A stretch of 64,000 bases of DNA from Camelus dromedarius (Eukaryota), in contig NC_087436.1 in NCBI RefSeq assembly GCF_036321535.1, positions 90,894,001-90,958,000 on the forward strand, given 5' to 3'. Each line of letters begins with the position of its first letter. The first letter of the stretch is position 1. A program made the position numbers and the translations under genes. Below, in pieces: positions 53,576-64,000 of this stretch. Below the pieces are notes generated by a model. That model was not told where the DNA came from. It saw only the letters and a list, made by a program, of their open reading frames with translations, and ran no database searches.

Positions 53576-56500
53576 GTGAGCATTGAAATTTCAAAAGCAG
53601 ACTGGGAAAATACTCCACTGTAGATGACAAGTAAAGTGTGATATTGTGGAGTCACACATACTGCACTGTGGCCTGTTGACAACTGGCACTATGGTGACAC
53701 AGTAGTCAGTTCTTTCAAGGAATAGAAACATCTCACTTTAGATAATACTAGCTTTCAGAGTAGTTTCCTAATATTTTTTCTTGAAGAAAATCTCTTCAAT
53801 CTATATTTTCAGTAAATGTTTCTTGAAATCCAAAATTTAATAATATTTTACTTTCATATTGAATATATAATTAAATAACCCCAAAGGAAATGTATATATG
53901 TCCTTTCTAATTTTTCCCTTGTTTACCTGTCCCACCCCCTACCCCCCCAGCTGTGTTTAGAACAAAATCAGGGGATAAGATGGGTCACCCACTGTCTCAT
54001 TTAATCTTCACAATTTCAAGTTTTTGTCATATTTAAATTTATACTGGCTAAATTTCAGACAGCATGGAATGAACTCTGCAGGTAAGCAGGAGTCTGATTT
54101 CCCTGACTTCCGCATGTTTATTTCCCTTTTGCTTCTTCCTGCAGGTTAGTCCAGTAATTCTTAAACCTGGTTCCTTGCTAGGTTATATATATATAAAACC
54201 ACATGTGCTTGATGTGATAGGTGCTTTAAGAGATTTTCAAGGAAACTTGACTGCACTCAGAGTTAGATGGTATTCTCTGCTAAGAGTCTGTTCCATATAT
54301 AAATACACACACATAAACAAGCTGTATAAATTAGGTACTCTTTACAAGGCACCTGTACTTATACAGCTGATATGAAAATATTATATAATTAAGTCATATC
54401 TATAGGTCAGTAATCCACAAAGTATGTAGTATGTATACTGCTGGTATTATAAGAATGAAAATGTATGTATTTTAATCTTATTATTCTAGTAACTAGGTGT
54501 TTATTTAATGTGTATTAGAAAATATAATGAACCAATCAAACCTGTATTTCATAGATATTACTGCTTTAACAAAGTCAAAAAAGTTAGTATACTTTATTGT
54601 CTCTAAGACACATCTTTTTTCATATTTATCTCATCTAAAATTGGGATGTGTTTAAAAGCAGTATATCATAGCGTATCTGGTAGCATGTTTCTTAGTGGTA
54701 GATAAAATAATGGTGTAGCTTACAGTTTTCTACATCTCATATTCATGAAATATAGTATATAACTTGAAAATTTTAAGTCAGTTTTAAATTGGAAATTGGT
54801 AACTCACAGTTCATGTAAGTGTGTGAATATGACAAAAAAAATCTTGAAGGTGATACACAAATGAAGTTTGGCAAACAATGGAAATAGTCTAATTTTTTAA
54901 ACAAAATTATGATATGTATAGAGTTTAGTATTTACACTTACCTGTTGTGTGAGCATTTTCCTGTTTTACTAAATATTCTTCAAAAGCATTTTAATGGCTA
55001 TATAGTAATAGACACATCATGATTTACTTAAATGTTTCCTTACTGTTAAACACTTAGATTACCTCTAGTCATTTATATTTTTATCAGTTTTTTACCAAGC
55101 CACAAATATATCAAATAAAACTGAAAATGTTAGCTTCTTAGTAATCTGACAGATAAAAGCAGAGAACACAGTTCAGTGATGAGTTGTGAGTAAGACAGAG
55201 CTCTTACATGGCATTTTACTTACAGATTTTCATGTAGTCCAGGTTTCATCACAGATACTGGATTCCTTGAAAAAGTTAGTAGAAGGAATCCTCATTATCC
55301 ACGTATTTTAATGCCAATTTTGAAGAGATTCATTCAACATTGCCATTTGCTAGTACGAATAATCCCCAGATAGACCCCTGTACTTGTGTGATTTTGTTAA
55401 TTTATCTTTATCAGAAAATGTTCACATTTTAGTGAAGTAAGTATTTAGTAAGATATTTAATAAGAGCCAATACTTACATGACCAGGTACTAATTCTAAAT
55501 GTATTACACTTACTGATTTACTTAATTCTCACAATTCTATGATGTGGATACTCTTAGAATCCAATTTTTAGATGAATTAACAGACTTATTAGGGATGTTA
55601 AGTGACTTACAAAGTGTTTTCCACTTTGGAGCTGTATATATTTCTGAAGAGATTCAGGACATCATCCTCTGTCAGGATGCCTCCTTCAATATGGAGAAAA
55701 ATGGAATTGAGATACTTTTCTGAGCTACATTATAGACCTCATTTTACAGTAAGATATTTTGATATAGGGTAACTATTTGTAAATTTATGCATGTTATAAA
55801 TGTAGTTCGATATATTTGTCATATCATTATTATTGTATCACTGCAAGGTGCACTGGAGGAAATGAATCCCATAGTATCATCTGTAATTCTTCAAATACTA
55901 TTCACATCACTACTCTTTTTTTTGCCATTACTAAAAAGTATCATTGGGCACCTTAGAGGGTTCTAATTATTTTGCTCCTGAAGAAAATCTACGTTAACTA
56001 CATCTAAAATAAGGATCATTAGCAAATCGAAGTTTACTTTAGTATATACCTTTTGAAAGATATAAGTAAACCACAGGAAACATTTTAATAATTCATTTTA
56101 TTAGTTCTATTTTTTTGTTTTTGCTTATTTAAATAAGGCCTATGTTTTATGTCCTCGAGATAATATATTTTCAAGACATCATCATTATCTATGGTGAACA
56201 TGTTTTTTATCTTTTTTAAGACCCTCCTCCAATAGTTCAGATTGAACCAAAGCCATAAAATCTGTATTTAACTTTTCTTCTCAAAACATGTCAGAATTTA
56301 AGTAGCAATTATTTTTTATCACATTCTTTATAGAAAATTGTCAGTCTCTAAGTCATGATAAATTCTTGATTTATCATCCAAAAAGCAAGTACTAAAATTT
56401 CCAAAATTATTTCTAGTTTAGAACTAGCTTTATCTTATGTTTAAGTTATAGCCAGTAATTAGGTTTTTAAAAAAAAAATTTAAGGAGTTGGATTTTTAAT

Positions 56501-57019
56501 GTTTATCCTGATGTTTTTAAGGTATGTGTTTTTAACCTCTAATATATTCTTTCCAAGATCAAACTTTCAGCAAATGATAAATTCTGTAAATAGCATGATC
56601 CTCTGAGAGCTGATACATGCGTCTTCTAAACTACACGGCTGAAATTACCATTGTCTTTGTTGTCCCCTCTTTGGTCTCTCCAATCTGCACTTTGCTGCTT
56701 ACATACTGGTTGCTGAAAATGGATTAAACTTTTCAGTTAAATCTTGTTTTAAATAAGGGAGAGATTTTTATAGTTAAATAGTAGTTGAAGAAAACTCTAA
56801 TTGAGCTGAAGGGATTGAGAGCCATGGAAGGTGGAGAACATTTAGATTATAAGGAAATGGCATAATTAGCAGCACAGGATGAGCGAACACAGTAACAGAA
56901 AAAGTTCTTTGTAATAGAGTAGAGAACAAAGCGTATTGATAAAATGGGTCTAGGTTATACTTTAAAAACAAAAGGGAATGTATAGATTAAGAGCAGAGAG
57001 GCAAATCAGGGCTCACGTG

Positions 57020-57222
57020 GCAGTGGCCTTTCACCTTTTGGGGTCATAGACCTCTTTGAGAATCTGGTGAAGACTGTCCTCTGAAAAATGCTCATGCATG
57101 TACATGTGTGTGTGTACATGTGCGCACACACACAAGGCTGTATATTAATTAGGGAGATTCCAGAATTCCTTGAACCTTTTCTAGCTCTAGTGTGTTCCAG
57201 GAATCTGGGTTAAGAGTCCTTG
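57020..57222. mobile_element. MER103C-like DNA transposon relic
   Basis: gggtcatagacctctttgagaatctg...aaaaatgc...(CA/TG) core...ggttaagagtcct. Confidence 0.6.
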
Positions 57223-58434
57223 ATACATTTGATTTCTACCAAATGGACAGCTTCTAATTGTTATCAGTCTGAGAGTCAGGGATGGTTTCACTATTTATCA
57301 CTGTTTTCCTGCATTCTAAGTTTAACTTCTTTGTTATGTTTCAGTATGGAGTGTTTGACTTTTTTAACATAGTTAGTACCTTAGATTTTTTTTTAACCTT
57401 GGGAATCCCAATATTAGAATGTAGACCAAAGGTAAAAGGGCTAGTGCAGGTGAAAACTAGCCTCCACGATGAACACAAAGAGTACTCACTGACAGAATGC
57501 TTGTGGATTACTTCTGTCCTGGCTTCCCTCAGAACGCTTGCATTTGAACATCCAAGAGCTAATCTCGTCCCTATGAGGGTGTAAAGTTAACAGCAGCCTT
57601 TAGAGCACCAAAAAGGTACTGGGGGAGGGAGGTTATTAGTCTGAGAAAAATACTCTTACCATTTTTTGAGCAAAGAACAAATGCCAATAAGTCAGTATAT
57701 TTCAAATCCAGCCTCCAGGATAGTTTGCATAAGATAGTCTAATGAATAAAATACTCATTGGTTTGTCCACATATTCATGGATTTTTATCACAGGCTTTTT
57801 GTCCTCAAAGCACTGGTAAGCATGGAAGGGGGGTTATTTAACTTTATGGAACTGTCATAGAAACATTCAAGTATTAGGACATACAAACCAAACATCATTA
57901 TAAGACTTTTATGCACTATGTTTAGTACATTGCTTTCTGTTCTGAATCTCTGAACTGAGATTACTCCATTTCATAAATAGGGCCAGATAGCCAAGTGGCT
58001 GCCATACACCTGAGGTGGAGGCAGAACCAATCAAGCACTTTTATGCTTTGTTTGGTATTTTTTTATATGAAGATCCATTCATTTCCTTGGTTAGCTGTGC
58101 TCCTTGTTCTGTCTTCAAACTTTTCCCATTACTCACTTTACCCTTTTGGCCCTTCTTTCCCTCCAGCTGCATGGAAGGTTTAACTAGTCTCTCCACAGTC
58201 CTACCTCCAAGACTCTAAATTCATCCTCATCCTTAAGCATCCTTTCATGTCTAGTTATTCTGCCAGTGCCCTGGATCCCTTTCTGCCTTAAGGACCTTGA
58301 ACTACAGAATCTCTGTCTCCATCCTTCCTTTTTCTTGTCTCCTTTTTATCAATCTATGTTCTAGGTTCATTTTAAATTTAAAAAAAAAGCTTCTAGAGGC
58401 CATCTCACTGAAACTTCACAGATTTTCTAAGGTA

Positions 58435-59260
58435 AATGTTCATTGAGCTTCCATGTGTCATGACCTTTACAGACCTAGGACTTCAGGCAGTGAATTGAAG
58501 GTCCTCCTCAGTTTCTAGTTGGAGACATAGTAGAAAAACATTTTCTAAGACTAAAAATTGCTCTAAAGAAAGTGAAATAGTAATTCATTGTAAGATGACA
58601 TTTAGGCTGAGATCTAATAAGCAAAAAGGAGACAGTCATGCTTTGCTCAGGGAGAAGAGCATTCCAGGCTGAATGAGACAGCAAGTATAAAGACCAGGCA
58701 CTAGAACCAAGCTTAGACCTTCTGAGGTAACAGCAGCAAAGCCAGTTTAGTATAGCATATAAGGGGGAAAGTGAGAGGATGTGAGACCAGAAGGATAAAC
58801 AAAGACAAAAGAATAAAATCCAAGTTATTTTCTAAGTGACCAGAGCAATTGGAGAATTTTAAGTAACGAAATAGTATGATGTAGTCTTTTTTAAGAAATT
58901 AGATTGCCTGCTGTGTAGAAATTCTATTATGGGGCAGAGGGAAATGATGAATGTAGGGTATTGAGTTGGTAGTCAGATTAGAGAAGACAGTGGCTTTGAC
59001 CAGGGCAGTAACTGTGGAGATGAACAGTGGCTAGTTTGGGATATATTTTGAAAGTAGTGCCAGGCAGTCTTGCTGCTGAATTAAAAAGGGAAAGAAAAAA
59101 ATCAACAGTGAATTTCAGTTGTCTGGCTTTAGCACCTCATTGAAGGGTAACACCATATACCAAGATTTTTAAGAAATGGTTTAGAAGGGAAAAAATGGGT
59201 CTTAACCTTGTTAACAAGTTTGAGGTACTGACTAGACACTGAAGTAGGCTGGTAAGTAGT
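58435..59260 (-). mobile_element. L2 LINE remnant (intronic)
   Basis: ttcattgagcttccatgtg...gatgacatttaggctgaga...agagcattccaggc...gatatattttgaaagtag. Confidence 0.6.
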
Positions 59261-60151
59261 CAGCATTCTCTCTTTCAGTTACACTAGGGATTATTTCTCC
59301 CCTCCTTTTAAGACTCCTCTGGTTTTCCTCTTACTACATGTATAGTTAAGTGCTCTTTGCATGTCACTTTGCTTATCTCTTAAAATTGGTTCTTCCCCAG
59401 TTTGGATTTTGCAGTGCTTTTGCAGCGTTCGTGACAAAGAACATCTTACTAACTATAGTACCTTGTCTCCTTGATCCAGAAATCTCATTTCCTAAGAACC
59501 ACATCATGAGTCCTTTTCCCTGGCCTCCATGTTCTTAATAACCTGGTAAATTTAACTGATTTCTTTAACCTACAAAATATAAAATCTTTAGTTCAGCAAT
59601 GGGAACAATTTTTTTTCCTTGAAGAAATACAGTACATGTGCATTTAGACATGAGTAATGAGAAGATACTTCCCAAGAAGCTTTAGTAAGGAAAGTTTGTA
59701 AGTATACCAATTATAAGATGAAATTTAAATTTACTTGGAAATTAATATTTAATATGTTATCTTCTATATTGTTTTAGTAAACCTCTCCCAGTGGAATCTG
59801 GTAGATTAACTGCTGGAGGATCAGACTCAGCTGACTTTTAGATGTAATTAGGCAGTATTCAAATTTGTTACCTCGTCATACTGAAGTTCTGAAGACAAGA
59901 ACTCCTAATTACAGTTATCCCAAAGGACCTGTACCCGTTTTAAATCCATGTTTTCATAAGCTGTAAGTTGGTATTTGCTAGGTAGTTAAAACTTAACATT
60001 CTGAAACATTCCTATTTGCATATTTTAAATAAATTTTTTTCTATCAGATGGGAACCAATATACTGCTTATTAAATTTTTTGTATTCTAAAGTAAATGAGA
60101 TGTAGTTCAAAATGAGAAATACAACTAGAATTGTGCTTTTTTTTCTTTAAG

Positions 60152-60213
60152 GTTTAATGCATGTGCACAATAAACTTGTGGATCCACTATACAGTATGAA
60201 AGAAGGAAACTGA
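60152..60213 (+). CDS. GNPDA2: GNPDA2 final coding exon (aa 257-276 + stop)
   Basis: ttttttttctttaag|GT TTA ATG...; GLMHVHNKLVDPLYSMKEGN*; 62 nt; total CDS 831 nt = 276 aa; not in the ORF track. Confidence 0.96.
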
Positions 60214-61157
60214 AGGAGATTGGATCAAAATTCTGCTTGAATGAATAGAACACTTTTATACATAGATGAATTTTCAGCTATGCAATATAAAACATGGGGA
60301 ATTTTTGAATATGTCATTTTTAAAGTCCAATATCTGTATGTTAAACATTCCATGCTTAGAATGTGTCCATTTTATACTAGGGTTTAGGAGAAGTAATTGG
60401 CTCTCTCAATTGATCAGCCATTTGTTATTATAAAGTACAGAAGCCACATAGCCACTCTATAAAACAGCACAGAAATGAAATGTTTGCCTGTTTACAAATA
60501 TTAAGTGATTTTAAAGGTGAAGATTCTGTACATCAAGTACCTTCATATGACTACAGAGGCATTCTTAGATTTTAATTTTTTTTTAATCACAAGAATACCC
60601 TTGAAGCCTTTCAGGTATCAAACAACTGTCATTACAAGTCTTTACTTCTGGAATGCTATCTTTATATTTTCTCTGCATCACACACAAGCTTTCTGCACGT
60701 GGTTGCCTTAGTCGTCTTCCTGCAGTAGCATTTGGACATCAAAAGTCCAGCTATGTAATATTGGTACAGAAAATTTGGAGAAATGACAGTGCCTAAAAGT
60801 ACAGTTTACACCCTTTTGGAAAGTATATATAAGTGCGTGTTTTTTGTGCACCTTCTTCTATAGCACTTTTTTACAAATGTGCTCTTATTTTTATTTAATG
60901 ACTTGGGTTCATGCACTTGTAAGTATTTTGGCAATTATGAGCTTTATACTTAGCCACACATATAGGGAATTCTTTTGAAGAAAATTTTCTGATTACTGTT
61001 AAACTTCATAAACAATTAGCTTTATTCCTTATATATATGTCTAAAAGGATAATATGAAGTATAATATAAAAGGAATTACTGTAAGCTATTTTAGATTACC
61101 ATTAACTCGCATCATTAAATTGCAAATAGAAGTATATTGTTTTCTATCTTTAACTCA

Positions 61158-61175
61158 AATAAAGCTTATAATAAA
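61158..61175 (+). terminator. GNPDA2: Tandem AATAAA poly(A) signals, likely GNPDA2 3' end
   Basis: AATAAA at 61158-61163 and 61170-61175, ~0.95 kb after the stop, followed by T-rich sequence; more AATAAA copies at ~61503-61523. Confidence 0.6.
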
Positions 61176-61909
61176 CAAATATAAGTTACCTAAATTTTAT
61201 TTTCAGAGGTGAAATTGAAAACATACATCTAAGAGACTGTAACAATTCATAGCAGCTCTGTGCCGGAATGTACTTTTTGTTGTCATCATTTAGTTAGGAG
61301 ATTTAAATTAAAAGACAATGTCTCTGTTTCTTATTTCTTAGTTGTGCTCCTTGGGGAGTTTAAAAAAAAAAAAAAGCTTCCTTTCCTCTGCATATTTTGC
61401 CTCTTCTAAGTCTATCTAGTAGACAAAGCATCACTTACATGCCTGCTCAGTTGCCTATGTGACTGTATTTACAGTTAAATTCCAGAAAATATTTAAATAG
61501 CAAATAAATTAAAAAATAAATAAAACTGTTAGGATAAAATATGCTGCTTTAATTCTAGATAATGAAGTTCTAGTAGCCTTAAGTGTTACAAATGGTTTTT
61601 AAATGACTATAGTGAATCAGTATCATCTCCCAGTCCCACACCTGGTAATAAGTACTGGTTACTGCAAACTACCTTAGAAGGTATGGATACCTGTTCAGAT
61701 GCAGCTCATCTGTTATTTCAGTGCTTTCCATGTGCAAGCTGAAACAAAAGGAGTCTAAAAGATGTATCACTGCCCTTGATGTTACAAGTCCATGTAGTTA
61801 AGGTCCACAGCAAACTGCTTTCTGAACACTTTAGCTCACTAACTGGGGAGCTAAGCTGCTGTTAAGCAAAAAAACTAAGAAGCCTATTGACAATATTTCC
61901 ACAAGAGGC

Positions 61910-62130
61910 AATAAAGCATGGTAGCTAAGGATTGGGGTTTGGGGGGTAAAAAAAAAAATAGCTGTCAACAGCTGTGACATTGGGCAATACTTGAGTTTGA
62001 GCTTCTTCCCTCATAAAATAGAATGGTAACAGTACCTGTACCTCCACTGTTATGCAGACTGAATGAGGGAAGAGGGCTCAGCACAGTGGCTGTCACATAT
62101 TAAACTCAATAAATGGTGGCTGTTATAATA
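61910..62130 (+). mobile_element. MIR SINE between GNPDA2 and GUF1
   Basis: agcatggtagctaagg...agctgtgacattgggcaa...taacagtacct...ctcaataaatggtggctgttat. Confidence 0.7.
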
Positions 62131-63373
62131 TTCAGTTTACATCATTGCATGCAAAAAATCAGTAATGTAAGATCCTCTAGGGGATAACACTTAGAAGGCA
62201 CACAACTCTAAATCATGTTTGGGAGAGTGGCCAGGGGAGAGAACATAAGCGTATGCAAAAAAAATTGAAAAATATATTTTTTACTATTTCAAGTAAAACT
62301 GTTTCCCAAAAAGTCAGAGACTAAAGGGAAAAAAAGTGTCCAAATCACAAGCATGCTAATGAAGCCCAGATGTTACAGAATAGTAGTGCATACTATGTGC
62401 CAGGTACCAACTTTTAACTTTCCCCTGGCAATAATGGTAGAGGAAAAAAATCTTATCTCACAGCTAAGCTATTTTATCTTACTGTAATAGTCTGTCCTCT
62501 GGTTTGTTCAGTGACTGAGTAAAGAAAGCACATGCTTTGGACTAAGACAATCACTTGCTGGCTGTGTAACCTTAAGTTAAGTTACTGAACTACTCTCAAG
62601 CTCAGTCGCCTCAACTACAAAATCTAGACATTAATTATTAAACTGTCATTAATAACAGCTGCTGCTAATACCAAACATTATCACTTTGCACAAATGCATT
62701 TTAGTTAGAAGTAAGACAGCCCCACCCTTACTTTAACTTATATGTACATGAAAACTGTAGTGTCAAACATTTATAAACATTTTATGGAAAACTAGAGCAC
62801 ATGTCTAGACACTATGTTATTTGACTTTGTTTAAAAAGATTCCTATGTATCACCTAAATATATCCAGCTAACAAGTTGACACTGACTGAAAATATTTTAT
62901 CTCAGGCATGAACTAGACAGAAAGAATCTTAAGTATGGGGCCCTTTCAGTGTAAGGAATATGTCTGAAGACAAATTTCACTGAGCATATGCTGTCATGTA
63001 GTCTCCTGAATATTTTAAGCATATTTCATCTAACCTTCACAACAGCCTACAGAGGTAAGTAATAGAATAATCGTGATTTTAATGAAGACTAAATGGATAA
63101 AAAGAGGGTAATTTGGCCAAGGTTACCTTACCTAGTTGAGTTGTGGAATAGGAAGCTGAAACCAGGAAAATATGGCTTCAGAACCCAAGCTCTTATCTAC
63201 CCACTACTCTCTTTCTAAGAAAAACCAAGAGGTTATTTAAAACTTGAAAACCTTGAAAGTATCAAGCAAATTTTCTAATTTTAATTCCATTGTGTTCAAC
63301 ATATAAATTACTAAGAAAAATTAAAGGATACACAATTTTTAATTTATGAAAATTCCTTATATTTTCCCATCAA

Positions 63374-63511
63374 TTATTTATCAGATTGTGTTCTCAGAAC
63401 TTTTATAAAAGCATCTTTTGGAACTTCAACATTGCCAACCTTCCTCAGTTTTTTCTTTCCTTCTGCTTGTCTCTTCAAAAGTTTCATTTTTCGGGTAATA
63501 TCACCACCATA
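63374..63511 (-). CDS. GUF1: GUF1 (mitochondrial translation factor EF4/LepA homologue) last coding exon
   Basis: Minus strand tttgtttcag|TAT GGT GGT GAT...: [45 protein letters not shown], the conserved LepA C-terminal motif; 138 nt, phase 0; upstream exons lie beyond the window. Confidence 0.95.
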   Translation of the reverse strand, partial: YGGDITRKMKLLKRQAEGKKKLRKVGNVEVPKDAFIKVLRTQSDK

Positions 63512-64000
63512 CTGAAACAAAATTTAAAAAGTTGGAAATCCAAATCACTCCACAGAAAATAATCCTACAATTACCTAGACACAGCAGTACAATTATAAGC
63601 ACCTTACAATTATTACCCATGAAGTAGACATCTGCAGAATTACCTCCAATCCCCTTCCTAGCAGAGCCTAATTTTACTATCTTCTCAAAGAATGATAAAG
63701 GCTTTATTTTTTTAAGATAGAGATAAAGATCCTCAAGGAAACCCAGTATGCATGTACAAGAAGAGTTATCAATCTCCTTACTGATTCAAGGGCTTGAAAT
63801 TCTGGACTACCTAGTGTAGTCTGATACAGGAACTCACCTAGGCTTCAATGTGCCAGTCCCTAGAAAAAGCATTTATGATTTAAATCTCATAATAACGGAC
63901 TTAAGAATCATTTTTATAAAAGAGATGAAATAGTAAACTTGGCAGTGTGAGAGAGATGGATTTCAATTTCAATTCCCTTTGTAAAACAGTCATTGTCTTT

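Noticed and set aside
60169..60174. AATAAA inside the last GNPDA2 coding exon as a poly(A) signal
   Set aside because: It is the Asn-Lys codon pair (AAT AAA); use would cut before the stop codon, and no clear GU/U-rich downstream element follows.
38821..60213. GNPDA1 or a GNPDA pseudogene
   Set aside because: Length 276 aa, N-terminus MRLVILDNYD, short C-terminus and GUF1 adjacency fit GNPDA2; frame and all splice sites are intact.

Overview
Mammalian, AT-rich, repeat-dense genomic window, most likely a camelid (tRNA-derived SINE resembling camelid vic-1, plus artiodactyl-type L1 3' ends). The left ~35 kb is intergenic and made mostly of transposable-element relics: L1, L2, MIR, MaLR/ERV-L LTRs and a decayed class III ERV pro-pol fragment. 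A CpG-island promoter at ~35.6-36.2 kb drives GNPDA2 (glucosamine-6-phosphate deaminase 2) on the + strand. It has one non-coding exon and six coding exons (124+102+183+185+175+62 nt = 831 nt, 276 aa), all with GT-AG junctions and intact catalytic residues. The last coding exon of GUF1 (mitochondrial EF4/LepA), absent from the ORF track, lies on the - strand at 63374-63511, tail-to-tail with GNPDA2. I found no convincing new biological system. The best leads are interleaved opposite-strand poly(A) signals of the two genes, an ~8-copy MIR-derived 39-bp degenerate tandem array, a tailless TSD-flanked L1 fragment inside another L1, an ERV whose tRNA-Arg PBS and pro-pol point in opposite directions, and candidate alternative splice sites in GNPDA2. 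Repeat subfamily names are recalled from consensus sequences, not searched, and repeat boundaries are approximate.
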